Positions 39,323 to 51,598 are shown, counted from the stretch's first letter. The stretch: 64,000 nucleotides of DNA from the human T2T-CHM13v2.0 reference genome, Homo sapiens (GCF_009914755.1 NC_060947.1); one strand, 5' to 3'. The notes: a model not told the origin generated them from the letters alone. Program-made: numbers and translations.

Positions 39323-42300
39323 CAATAAATGTCCCCATCGGCAAGTTAGAAAGATCTCAAATTAACAACCTAACATCACAACTAAAAGAACTGGAGAAGC
39401 AAGAGCAAACCAACCCCAAATCTAGCAGAAGACAAGAAATAACCAAAATCAGAGCAGAACTGAAGGAGACCGAGACACAAAAAGCCATCCAAAAGATCAA
39501 GGAATCCAAGAGCTGTTTTTTTTTAAATATTAATATAATTGATAGACTAGACTGCTAGCTAGACTATTAAAGGGATAAAAGAGAGAAGACCCAAATAAAC
39601 ACAATTAGAAACGACAAAGAGAATGTTACCACTGACCACATAGTAATACAAACAACCATCAGAGACTACTCTCAACGCCTCCATGCACACAAACCACAAA
39701 ATCTAGAATAAATGGATAAATTCCTGGACACATACACCCTTCCAAGACTGAACCAAGAAGAAACTGAAGCCCTGAACAGACCAATAGCAAGTTCCAAAAT
39801 TGATTCAGTAATGAACAGCCTACCAACCGAAAAATGCCCAGGACCGGAAGGATTCACAGCCAAATTCTACCAGATATACGAAGAGATAGTACCATTCCTA
39901 CTGAAACTATTGCAAAAAAATTGATAAGGAGGGACTCCTCCCCAAATCATTCTATGATTCCAGCATCATCCTGATACCAAAACCTGTCAGAGAGACAATA
40001 AAAAAGAGAAAACTTCAGGCCAACATCCTTGATGAACACAGAGGCAAAAATCCTCAACAAAATACTTGTAAACCGAATCCAGCAGCACATCAAAAAGCTA
40101 ATCCACCACAATGATGTAGGCTTTATCCTGGGATGCAAGGCTGGTTCAACACACACAAATCAATAAATGTGATTCATCACATAAACCAAACTAAAGATAA
40201 AAACCACATGATTACCTCAATAGATGCAGAAAAGGCTTTCAGTAAAATTCAACATCCTTTCATGTTAAAAACTTTTAATAAACTAGTTATTGAAGGAATA
40301 TACCTCAAAATAATAAGAGCCATCTAGGAGAAACCCACAGCCAACATCATACTAACCAGGCAAAAGCTGGAAGTATTCCCCTTGAAAACTAGCAAAAGAC
40401 AAGGATGCCCTTTCTCACCATTCCTGTTCAACATAGTATTGCAAGTCCTGGCCAGAGCAATCAGGCAAGCGAAAGAAATAAAGATCATTGAAACAGGAAG
40501 AGAGGAAGTCAAACCATCCCTGTGTGCAGACAACATGATTCTGTATCTAAAAAGTTTTCACAGTCTTGGCCCAAAAGCTCCTTGAACTGATAAACAACTT
40601 CAGCGAAGTTTCAGGATACAAAATTGATGTGCAAAAATCACTAACATTCCTATACACCAACAACAGCCAACCCGAGAGACAAATCAGGAACACAATCCCA
40701 TTCACAATTGCCACAAAAAGAATAAAATACTTAACAATTCAGCTAACCAGAGAGGTAAAATATCTCCACAATGAGAATTACAAAACACTGCTCAAAGAAA
40801 TCAGAGATGACACATACAAATGGAAAAACATTCCGTGCTCATGGATAGGAAGAATCACTATCATTAAAACAGCCACATTGCCAAAGCAATTTACAGGTTC
40901 AACGCTGTTCCTATCAAACTACCAATGACATTCTTCACAGAACTAGAAAAACTATTTTAAAATTCACATGGACCCAAAAAAGAGCCCAAATAGCAAAGGC
41001 AATCTTAAGCAAAAACAAAAAAGGAGGGGGCATAATATGACTCTACTTCAAACTATATTACAGGGCTACAGTAACCGAAACAGCAGGGTACTGGCACTGA
41101 AACAGACACACAGACAAAGGGGACAGAATAGAGAGAGCCCAGAAATAAGGCTGCACACTTACAGCTACCTGGTCTTCCACAAAACTGACAAAAACAAGCA
41201 ATGGGGAAAGAATCACTATTAAACAAATGGTGCTGGCATAACTGGCTAGCGATACGCAGAAGACTGAAACTGGAACCCTTCCTTACACCATATACAAAAA
41301 TCAACTCAAGATGGATTTAAGACTTAAATGTAAAACTCAAAACTATAAAAACCCTGGACGATAACCTAGGAAATATCATTCTGGATATAGGAACTGGCAA
41401 AGATTTCATGACAAAGATGACAAAAGCAATCGCAACAAAAGCAAAACTTGGCAAATGGGATTCAATTAAACTAACTTCTGCACAGCAAAAGAAACTATCA
41501 ACAGAGTAAATAGACAACATATACAGAATGGGAGAAAATTTTTGCAAACTATGCCTCTGGCCAAGGTCTAATATCCAGCATCTATAAGGAACTTAAATTT
41601 ACAAGCCAAAACAAACAACCCCATTAAAAAGTGGGCAAAGGACATGAACAGATACTCTTCAAAAGAAGACATACATGTGGCCAACAAACACATGAAAAAA
41701 AGCGCAACACCCTTGTAGCATAGTTTGAAGTCAGGTAGTGTGATGCCTCCAGCTTTGTTCTTTTTGCTTAGGATTGTCTTGGCTACACAGGCTCTTTTTT
41801 GGTTCCACATGAAATTTAAAGTAGTTTTTTCTAATTCTGTAAAGAAAGTCAATGGTAGCTTGATGGTGATAGCATTGAATCTATAAATTAATTCGGGCAG
41901 TATGGCCATTTTCACGATATTGATTGTTCCTATCCATGAGCATGGAATATTTTTCCATTGTTTTTGTCCTCTCTTATTTCGTTGAGCAGTGGTTTGTAGC
42001 TCTCCTTGAAGAGGTCCTTCACATCCCTTTTACGTTGTATTCCTAGGTATTTTATTCTCTTTGTAGCAAAGGGCTAATATCCAGAATCTACAAGGAACTT
42101 AAACAAATTTACAAGAAAAAAAAAACAACCCCATCAAAAAGTTGGCAAAGGATGTGAACAGACACTTCTCAAAAGAAGACATTTTTGTGGCCAATAAACA
42201 TATGAAAAAAAGCTCATCATCACTGATCATTAGAGAAATGCAAATTAAAACCACAATGAGATACCATCTCATGCCAGTTGGAATGGTGATCATTAAAAAG

Positions 42301-43730
42301 TCAGGAAACAACAGATGCTGGAGAGGATGTGGAGAAATAGGAACACTTTTACACTGTTGGTGGTATTGTAAATTAGTTCAACCATTGTGGAAGACAGTGT
42401 GGCGATTCCTCAAGGATCTAGAACCAGAAATACCATTTGACCCAGCAATCCCATTACTGGGTATATACCCAAAGGATTATAAATCATGCTACTATAAAGA
42501 CACATGCACACGCATGTTTATTACAGCACTATTCACAATAGCAAAGACTTGGAACCAAGCCGAATGCCCATCAATAATAGAGTGGATAAAGAAAATGTGG
42601 CACATATACACCATGGAACACTATGCAGCCATAGAAAAGGATGAGTTCATGTCCTTTGCAGGGACACGGATGAAGCTGGAAACCATCATTCTCAGTGAAC
42701 TAACACAAGAACAGAAAACCAAACACCGCATGTTCTCACTCATAGATGGGAGTTGAACAATGAGAACACATGGACATAGGGAGGGGAACATCACACACTG
42801 GGGCCTGTCAGGGGGTGGGGGGCTAGGGGAGGGATAGCATTAGGAGAAATACCTAATGCAGATGACAGGTTGATGGGTGCAGCAAACCACCATGGCATGT
42901 GTATACCTATGTAACAAACCTGCACATTCTGCACATGTATCCCAGAAGTTAAATTTAAAAAAAAGCACAACATCACTGATCATTAGAGAAATGCAAATCA
43001 AAACCACAATGAGATACAATCTCACGCTAGTCAAGATGGCAATTATCAAAAAATCAAAAAATAACAGATGTTGGCAAGGTTGTGGAAACAGGAGAATGCT
43101 TATACACCATTGGTGAAAGTGTAAATTAGTTCAACCATTGTGGAAAGCAGTACAGGAGTTCCTCAAAGAGCTGAAAACAGAACTACCATTCAACCCAGCA
43201 ATCCCATTACTGGGTATATACCCAAAGCAATATAAATTGTTCTACCATAAAGACATGCACATGTATGTTCACTGCAGCCCTATTCATTATAGCAAAGACA
43301 TGGAAGCAACCTAAATGCCCATCAATGGTAGACTGAATAAAGAAAATGTACATATACACTGTGGAATACTATGCAGTCATGAAAATGAATGAGCTCATGT
43401 CTTTTGCAGGAACATGGATGGAGCTGGAGGCCATTATCCTAAGCAAACTAATGTAGGAACAGAAAACCAAATACCACATGTTCTTACGTATAAGTGGGAG
43501 CTAAATGATGACAATACATGGATACAAAAAAGGGGAAAAACAGACACTGGAGTCTACTTGAGGGTAGAAGGTGGGAGGAGGGAGATGATCAGAAAAAATA
43601 ACTAATGGGAATGGGTACAAAGTATAGTACTTGAGTGATGAAATAATCTGTACACCAAAGCTCCACGACACAAGTTTACCTATATAACAAACCTGCACAT
43701 ATACCCCTGAAACTAAAAATAAAAGTTAAA
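39323..43730 (+). mobile_element. 5'-truncated old L1PA (L1PA13/L1PREC2-like), ORF2 through 3'UTR, with disrupted frames; interrupted at 41711-42957
   Basis: ORF2p peptides [38 protein letters not shown] and [10 protein letters not shown] (decayed FADD RT motif); 3'UTR ends CCCCTGAAACTAAAAATAAAAGTTAAA. Confidence 0.95.
41711..42957 (+). mobile_element. Younger L1PA (PA6/7-like) with a 5' inversion, nested in the host L1
   Basis: 41711-42069 is antisense ORF2 (minus ORF reads [15 protein letters not shown]...[12 protein letters not shown]). 42067-42957 is sense (ORF 42142-42756 is the ORF2p C-terminus). TSD AAAAAAAGCGCAACA (41695-41709) / AAAAAAAGCACAACA (42958-42972). Confidence 0.93.
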
Positions 43731-44321
43731 CAATCATAAATACTTAGAAAACTCATTCATTTCTAAATATATATTGATTCATGTTCAGTAAATATCTAAC
43801 AGCACTTAATATGTACAGGTACTACTGTGCTGGAAATACAAAAAAGCATGGTACTACTATAAAAATAGGCACATAGACCAATGGCACAGAATAAAGAACC
43901 CAGAAATAAACTCAAATACTTACAGCCAACTGATCTTTTACAAAGCAAACAAAAAAATAAAGTGGAGAAGGGACACCCTTGAACAAAACAGACAAAAACT
44001 CCTGCCTCTGTGAAATTTACATTCAGGGGAGCTATATACAACAAAAGTATAAATAAGTATTGTACACACTCACCCTTCATATCCATAGGGGAATGGTTCC
44101 AGAACCTTCCATGCAGCCCCAAATCAGAAGACGTTCAAGTTCCTTATATGAAATGGTCTAATATTTGCATGTAAACTACACTCATGTTCTCATTTAATTT
44201 AAATAATCTCTAGATTATTTATGATACCTAACAGAATGCAAATGTTATATAAATAGTTTTTATACTGTATTGTTTAGAGATTAATGCCAATAAATAAAGT
44301 CTGGACATTTAAAAAAGAAAA
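43731..44321 (+). other. L1 3' transduction: L2 remnant, internal L1PB-like piece, truncated MER2 and A-rich tail
   Basis: Lies between the L1 end and the second TSD copy GAAAAATCCATACCAT (44322-44337; first copy 39202-39217). AATAAATAAA at 44289-44298, then AAAAAAGAAAA from 44311. Confidence 0.88.
44067..44310 (+). mobile_element. MER2, 3'-truncated
   Basis: Homologous to the MER2 at 12654 (TGGTTCCAG, CAAGTTCCTTATATGAAATGG, TCTCTAGATTATTTATGATACCTAA); lacks the right TIR. Confidence 0.85.
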
Positions 44322-45899
44322 GAAAAATCCATACCATACTATATTTCACATCACCTGCATTTTCCTGCAGGAAGACAGCGGCATACAAATTTCAGAATAT
44401 TCTTATAATTTTCTTTATAAAAGTGGAATTATTACAATTGTTAAAGAAACCCAAATGCAGGTGGTTTATATTGAAAATCAAAGTAAGGAGTTCCTGATGG
44501 GAAACATTTTCCATAGCATTTCAAGGATTCAGAGACACTAATGTCTACTTTCTTTAAGAAATCCTAACTCTGGGGAGACTCAAAGATTGAATCCACCCAA
44601 TCTTACAATGAGGAAAAAGAAAGCTTTTCTAACAGATTTAAAAAAACACTGCCTATGATATATGCAGCCAGGGACTTCATGCATTATCTAAAGCTACGAA
44701 CAAAAATGTGTGAGGTAAATAACTTTATTTGCGAAGCCCTATTATTCAACCTGTTGTTGCCTAATGGTACTGAGGCTAGCGCCCTTCTAGGAGCAACCCT
44801 GGGCTCATCTTGAAACTCTGGTCCTGTATGTCTGACTCTGCTTCTTGAACTCTCTTATTCTGTGTATAGTACGTTTGTCCTCGATGGCAGAAACCTGGTT
44901 CATATTTTTCTCTCCCTTTGTCATCTTGGATTCTGTGCTACCTATATTGTATGTTAACTTGATACTGGAAAATAAAATGTCACTGCTTAAAGGAACCAGG
45001 ATGTTAGCACTAAAATTCTAAAGTCCCATGTAGTTCAAAGTTTTTTTTTTCACAGATGAAGAAACTGTAGCCCAGAAAAATGTGTCTTCCCCAAGGTCAC
45101 ACAGTTAGAAATAGTTTGTTACAATAAAATTTCACCGATCGGTGTCCCAATTTCATATTTAGACCTCCTCCTGTTAATGAATTTTTGTCATCCAGATGAA
45201 TTAATCCCACTTCAGCTGTTTAAAGAGAAGGGTGAGAGTTTCTCTCCACATATTTCTTTATCTTCCTTACACACATGCCCATTCTAAACTATATCCTGCA
45301 GACTTATAAAGCATACCCCACTGACAGGGTTAAATGAAGACAGGCCGAATGTGTGGCAATATCAGAGAAATATTCCCCTATATAAGCATCCATGGGTGTT
45401 ATTCATACTATATCAAGTGATTAGAAATTTCAGGAAGTGCTTACTTAAACAGCCAGTGTGGTGGTAAGCAGAACACAAATCTTAACCCGGAGACAGCGCA
45501 ACCTGGAGGCTGGTTGCAACATTTAGCAAGTTCTCGTAAGGAAGCATTCATGAACAGATTAAAATATCGGCAAACTTCTCCCCAAAAATACCACTGGAAA
45601 AGAATACCTAAACACTAATTTGATGATGACAAAATAGGTTTTCTTTTCTAATAAGTTCTAGTTTAGGGAACTTACTGTATTTTACCCATTTTCATTGAAG
45701 ATGAGAAAAACTGTAACTTACCTTCTCGCTGACTCAAAAAGTCATGAAAAATTTTACAGATGGTTTATAGATAGGCCCGGAGTCATAGATGATACCTGTA
45801 ACTGCCAAGGAACTGCAGTTCCAAGGTTTCTCAAAACTCCTAACTACCAACTATGCTGCTTCCTCTAGTATTCCATGTTACCTTTGCCCTGAAAAATTA

Positions 45900-46356
45900 A
45901 TAATTGTGGTAGTTTATTTTTCAGTAAATATTCACTCCCTCCTCCCCTCCCTTATTTTATATTTAATATTTATATTTTATATTTCCATATATATTATTAT
46001 ATTTGCATGCCTCATTGATGTTGGACTTCGCCATGTCATTTACTGTAGCCAATGTCATGTCGGTGCATTTGACTGTGTGCTAAGTCAAGATTATGCCTTA
46101 AGCAGCGTTACTTGTTTTGTTCTCTTCTCTGGGAGCTTTTGACCACTGACACCATGAGAAAAACATGTAGGCAGTCCCCTGGCTTAAGCATAAAAGACAA
46201 GTGGAACAGGCCTGAATCAACCCCGTGGCTTGGAGCCAGGCCCAGCTGAGCTCAGCCTATGTCAGCTAAACTCCAGCTGAATCACGCATAAGAAATTCTT
46301 CTTATTGTATGCCACTGAGAATTTCTGATTGTCAGCAGCAGTAGCTGACTGATACA
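45900..46356 (+). mobile_element. MLT1 (I/J-like) LTR remnant
   Basis: GGAGCCAGGCCCAGCTGAGCTCAGCCTA...TATTGTATGCCACTGAGA...GCAGTAGCTGACTGATACA terminus. Confidence 0.65.
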
Positions 46357-47394
46357 ATAGTTGTCCCATATGTTATTCCATTTGTTACTTTGTAAATCTT
46401 TGCTGATTTTCCATTTCTCTATATTTTACCTTCCCAATCAGTTTGAAAGACACCTGGGCAGCTTGATCCATGTTTTAACTTATTTGGACCCCAAAGTACA
46501 CACCACTATAACCACTCAATATATTCTAGTTGCAGTCACGAGTGTTTTCCTGGTACCGTGCATTGGAGTAAGTCTTTGCTGTACCATTGATAGCCCTCAA
46601 CGACAAATGCTGCATTTCAGTAGCAATCTCAGAATATGTTTTAGAAGCATAGAGGCTAAGTAACTCAACAGAATAATCAGTGAAATTGAGCAAGTGGAGA
46701 ATTCTTCATTTGGGGACATTGCTGGCATTTTAAGACACTTTTCCATTCATGGTAGAACAGTTATTGCACATAACTGAAAAGGCCATTTTTCTCAAGGTAA
46801 AATTGCTGATTTCAGGAGCACATGGTCTGAAAAAGCTTTTATGAAGAGAGCACTATTTTCCCATTGGATTTCTCCATGAATCTGGTATTTAGAACTGCCC
46901 AAAGGCTAAGGGCTGATATATTTGCTATTATGTTTCACAACAGGGCACAGATGAAGCAGGACAGGGAGCAAGGCGACCTTCACCTTCATATATCACATAT
47001 ATACATGTTGTACCTCACATATATTACATACAATTACATAATTACGTAATACATACATGTACTTACATATACCATGTAATTATAAGTAATACATACATGT
47101 AATATATGTCATACACTGTTCATGTTGGGAAAAACAATCCAGTTAGCTTTTTGAGGTGAATTTTCTTTATTCATCTGAGAAATGGCTTAACATTCCCAAG
47201 TAATACCAATTCTGCTATAGGATGACAGGCGTTTAGGGCATTAAAGATTATTTTTTTTAAATGTATTAAGGGAGAGGGTAAAGAAATCCTAGAAACCCCC
47301 AAATTGTATCTATCAGTGGCAGCAGATGAGTGCTTAGCCAGTTTACTGAAAAGATTTAATTACATCTCTTTCTTACCTTGAATGTCTGCATGGA

Positions 47395-47472
47395 TTTGAC
47401 ATACCGCTTAAAGCAATGATTTTGACATACCGCTTAAAGCAATGATTTTGACATACCGCTTAAAGCAATGAT
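47395..47472. repeat. Perfect 3 x 26-bp tandem repeat (TTTGACATACCGCTTAAAGCAATGAT)
   Basis: ATACCGCTTA starts at 47401, 47427 and 47453. Confidence 0.97.
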
Positions 47473-50149
47473 TGTCCAAAGAACAAACTCTTCCTGCGGC
47501 TAGTAAAATGAGTCCTCTTGACAGTAAGACTTACTAATAGGAAATTAATGATTGTCAAATCTAGGGCTCAACAATGACAAAGCTTTTTGGAACTTGCCAT
47601 ATACTTTCTGTGTGACATTTTCAGCTTTAAATCTTTGCCCATTCTGCTCTTTGAAATCTTGATATGTAAGATCTGGATATGTATGTCATCATGGAAGCAC
47701 GCCTAGTTAAGATCTCTGCAATCTGATTAAAGAGGGGAGAAGACTGAGGAAATAAACAACCTGTTTTTGTATATGTGCTATTCCTAACTTTACCAATGTT
47801 AGTGAGATCCTTTTCCCCTGCAGAAGAGCTGAACAAACTAGCAAAGATTCGCCAGGGCTTGAAACAACAATCAGAGCAAATCCTAAGGAATTTAGGTAAC
47901 AGAAAGGTAAGGTTCTAATTAAAAGAGACATTAAAACCTCTGGTATTCTACAATATTTTAACTCTTAGCTTTTCACTGCCATTATTGGTTTTTGCCTTGA
48001 GATACTGTTAAGAGTGGGAATGTTTCAGGATATTTTGTAGGCTATGGGAAATCTTTGCTTGTTAACAGATTATTGCAGTTTGTAGAAAATTATTTGAGAA
48101 CCTCTGTGACTCTTCAATAATCCTATTATTTTAAAAACAAACTCCTTTTCTTGTCATTCGTCCCAAAGGCACTTGGAATCAGAATCTCTTGAAGAGAGAG
48201 AAAACACAGCTTCTTTACCATTCGAGTGTTTTTGTGTGTGTGTTTGTTTTTCTGAGCTCAGGAATGAGGTAATGAGGGCAAGTCGGAAAAATGTTTGTGG
48301 CTAGGCTGGAAATCAATGGAAAACAGGTTATGGTTTTACAACAAATCAAGTGTCACAGATCTGCTTTGTGTTTGGGAGTTAATCTACTCTCTCTAAAAAT
48401 TCTCCAAAAGCCAGTTAAAGCAAATGAAGCAAGACTTTGCAGGAACCCCCGAGAGAGAACACACTGCTATGTCACACAGCTCTCACAAACGAGTGGGAGA
48501 GATTGTCTGAAATGTGTGTTTTACAACAGATGCCAATTGCTCTGATTCTTGCCATTAACAACTTCAGAATTAGCTTACAAATGGTAATCTTCACAGAGCA
48601 GTGACTTCTGTGTGGGAAACCCAGGAAGAAAAGTGGCTTTTCAGATTTTTTTTTTTTCTTTTGCAGCTGAACACAAATGAGCCTGGGAGCCTCTCTGCAC
48701 TGTGTAGAAAATACAACTATATTCATTTAAGTGTATGTGTGGCATTAATAATTCAGAGAAAGTGATAGTCAAGGGTTGGAGAGAGGCTGGAAATCAACTT
48801 TGAAAGCATAAAAGTTGAAAGATAAAGTGTTGAAAATCTCCTTGGCTATTTAAAAACTCATATAAACCAGTAGTTGGAAATCACTATTTTGGTGTTCAAA
48901 TTCTTAACACCTCCATTTTTCTGCTTAATTCCAAATAATACTCCTGGATATAAAATTGGAATAGGGCTGAAATATTAGAATTTGAGACAGAAAAAATGCT
49001 GTAGTGGTATACTTTAAAGCTGAGGCCATAAGTAATCATGAAAATACTAGTCACTGGTTTTTACATTACTAACAACAACAACAAAAACAAATCGGGACAG
49101 TAAGTCTACTGTATTTCTTCCCATTTGTTTAAATGGTATAGTGTATTACAGCATGACGTGACTCTGCTCAGAAATGAGACAGAAGGGAAGATTGCAAAGA
49201 AGACTAAGGCAGAAAGAAACACCTTGTCACTCTTCAGTGGTGGAAGAGATGTGGGGTAGATAACGCCACTAGAGACAGATCCCCAAGTCATTTTTATTTG
49301 CTTGGAAGTACATTGCAGGCTCTTTACAGTTTTGTATTTCCTTCTCAGTGGTACCTCTTTCAGGCTGATATTAGCATGAGGGATTATTCAATTACAGGGA
49401 GGGGGACAAATTTGAGGGTGTTATTGGAGGGAACCAAACAGCTCAGGGAGCAGGAAAATGGCCAACAGTAATTAAATATCTGCCATCATTACTCCCAGTG
49501 GCGCACATCCGTGTACACATATTCGGAGGTCAACTCGTTGATGATATATATTCCAGTAGCACCCATTAAATGAGTAAGCCTCCTCCCCAAATGTGAAGGC
49601 ATTCAGCTTTCTGTGACTAAGAAAACTAATTTTGGGAATGATTTTCATCATCATAATGGATGAGAAGCACTGATAGAGCATGAATGATACGTTCACATCT
49701 CATCTCAGAAAAATCCAGTGCTTCAAATTACAGTGCTTGAAATTCAGGGACCTTAAGCCTAACATAAGAAATTTCCTTGGAAAGAGTCTTTCCCTGACAA
49801 TTAAAAAAAAATAAAATAAGCACATTTCACCTGCCTTCTCAAATAAAGGGGTCTCTAGGCTTATATTTAAATTGATTTCACTCCTTTCTAATTCCTGGAC
49901 AAGCACAGGACTCTTGTCATTATTGAAGAGCAATCTAATTTTAAAATCTCTACACCTGAAATCACCTCTTACTAGAAACTTTTCTTGCTCTGTTTTCACT
50001 TCTTCTGAACCTGTTCCTTTATTCTTCTCCTGACTCCTATTCTATCTTTCCCCAGCTCACTCTCCTCCATTCTGATTTCATTCATCATTCTATCAGAGAT
50101 TTCAGTGACTGCTCAGTGTGCTGAATGTCTTTCAAATACCTCCATAAAT

Positions 50150-50560
50150 CCATGACTCACCCTTTTCCACCCTGCTCTGTTGCCACTGAAGGCTGATCTG
50201 AATTTTCTGCCTTCTGGTTGGGTACGGTCAATGAGAAGCATTGGCAAGAAGCTAGAAGGAGTATTTATTCTCTCACTTCCATTTTTGTCGGGTCACCACA
50301 GTTAGCTATGTTCTTTGAGCACATCTCCTAACGGGTGCCCCGCAAGTATCCTCTGTGGAATCCAGTAACCATGCTCTCCCCCGTCTGGTTATTCCTTAAT
50401 AAGGACAGCAGCTGCTCCCCAGTATTGGGAGCCCTGGTATACTGTACTGTCTTTTACAATTTCCTTCAACTCCGCTCACAACCTTGTAAATCGTTTATTA
50501 AACTCTAAATTCCAGGGTTTTAGGGTCCCATCTGTTTCCTGCTGGCAATATGATTGACAA
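50150..50560 (+). mobile_element. LTR33-like ERVL LTR remnant
   Basis: CTGCCTTCTGGTTGGG...CAATGAGAAGCATTGGCAAGAAG; TTTATTAAACTCT...CATCTGTTTCCTGCTGG. Confidence 0.6.
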
Positions 50561-50610
50561 ACTCCATATAGCACTAAATCCTTTGCTCCTTTAATGCCAT
50601 TATCAATTCC

Positions 50611-51598
50611 TGTGGTAGACAGACCCTAATGTAACCCTCAATGACCCCTGCCTTCTGGTATTCACGTCTTTGTATCATCCCTTTTCTTTGAGTGTGGGCA
50701 GAACCTGTGACTTGCTTCTAACTAACAAAATATGTCAAAGGTGATGGGAATGTGAATCTGGTAATTATGTTATTGATATGGTTTGGGTCTGTGTCCCTTC
50801 CCAAATCTCATGTCGAATTTTCATCCCCAATGTTAGAGGTGGGCTGTGGTAGGAAGTGATTGGATGATGGGGGCAGATTTCCCCTTTGGTGCTGATCTCA
50901 CAATAGTGAGTGAGTTATCATGAGATCTGGTTGCTTAAAAGTGTGTAGCGCCATTCCCCACTCTCTCTCCTTCCTGCTCTGGCCATGTGAAGATGTACCT
51001 GTTTCCCCTTTGCCTTCCACCATGATTGTAAGTTTCCTGAGGCCTCCAAGCCATGCTTCCTGTTGAGCCTATGGAACCGTGAGCCAATTAAACCTCTTTT
51101 CTATATAAATTACCCAGTTTCAGGTATTCTTTATAGTAATGCAAGAACGGACTAATACAGTTACTTTATATAAGACTCTGTCTTGCTAGTCTCTTTCTCC
51201 TTCTCCTCCCCATTCTCTATTTCTCTCTCTCTCCTTCACTTTGAAGAGATGAGCAGCCATGTTGTAAACTGCTATATGAACTATGAACTATGAACTGGTC
51301 TGCAGGGCAGGTAATTGTGAGCAGTCTGTAGGAGCAGAGGGCCTCCATCCTACAGCTATAAGGAATTGAATTATGCCAAAAATGTGAGTGGCCTTGGGAG
51401 CAGACCTTTCCCCAGCAGAGGCTTCAGATGAGAATTTGAGCCTGGCAGACATCTTGATTGAAACCCAGTGAGGCGCTGAAGCAGCAATCTCAGTTAAGCC
51501 ATGCCTGGAATCCTGATCCACAGAAACATTGATACAGTAAGTATACGGTGTTTTAAGGTGAAATATTTTTGTTAACACAGCATTAGAAAACTAACGCA
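50611..51598 (+). mobile_element. MLT1E/F-type LTR interrupted by an MST LTR
   Basis: TGTGGTAGACAGAC...CCCTGCCTTCTGGTATTCACG; AAGCCATGCCTGGAATCCTGATCCACAGAAAC; ends GAAAACTAACGCA. Confidence 0.8.
50774..51159 (+). mobile_element. MSTA/MSTB MaLR solo LTR
   Basis: TGATATGGTTTGG...CAAGAACGGACTAATACA; 5-bp TSD GTTAT/GTTAC. Confidence 0.92.

Noticed and set aside
42142-42756. 204-aa ORF, the longest in the window
   Set aside because: C-terminal fragment of L1 ORF2p in a truncated, inverted element; not a gene.
47395-47472. CRISPR-like direct repeats
   Set aside because: No spacers, no cas genes, primate context.
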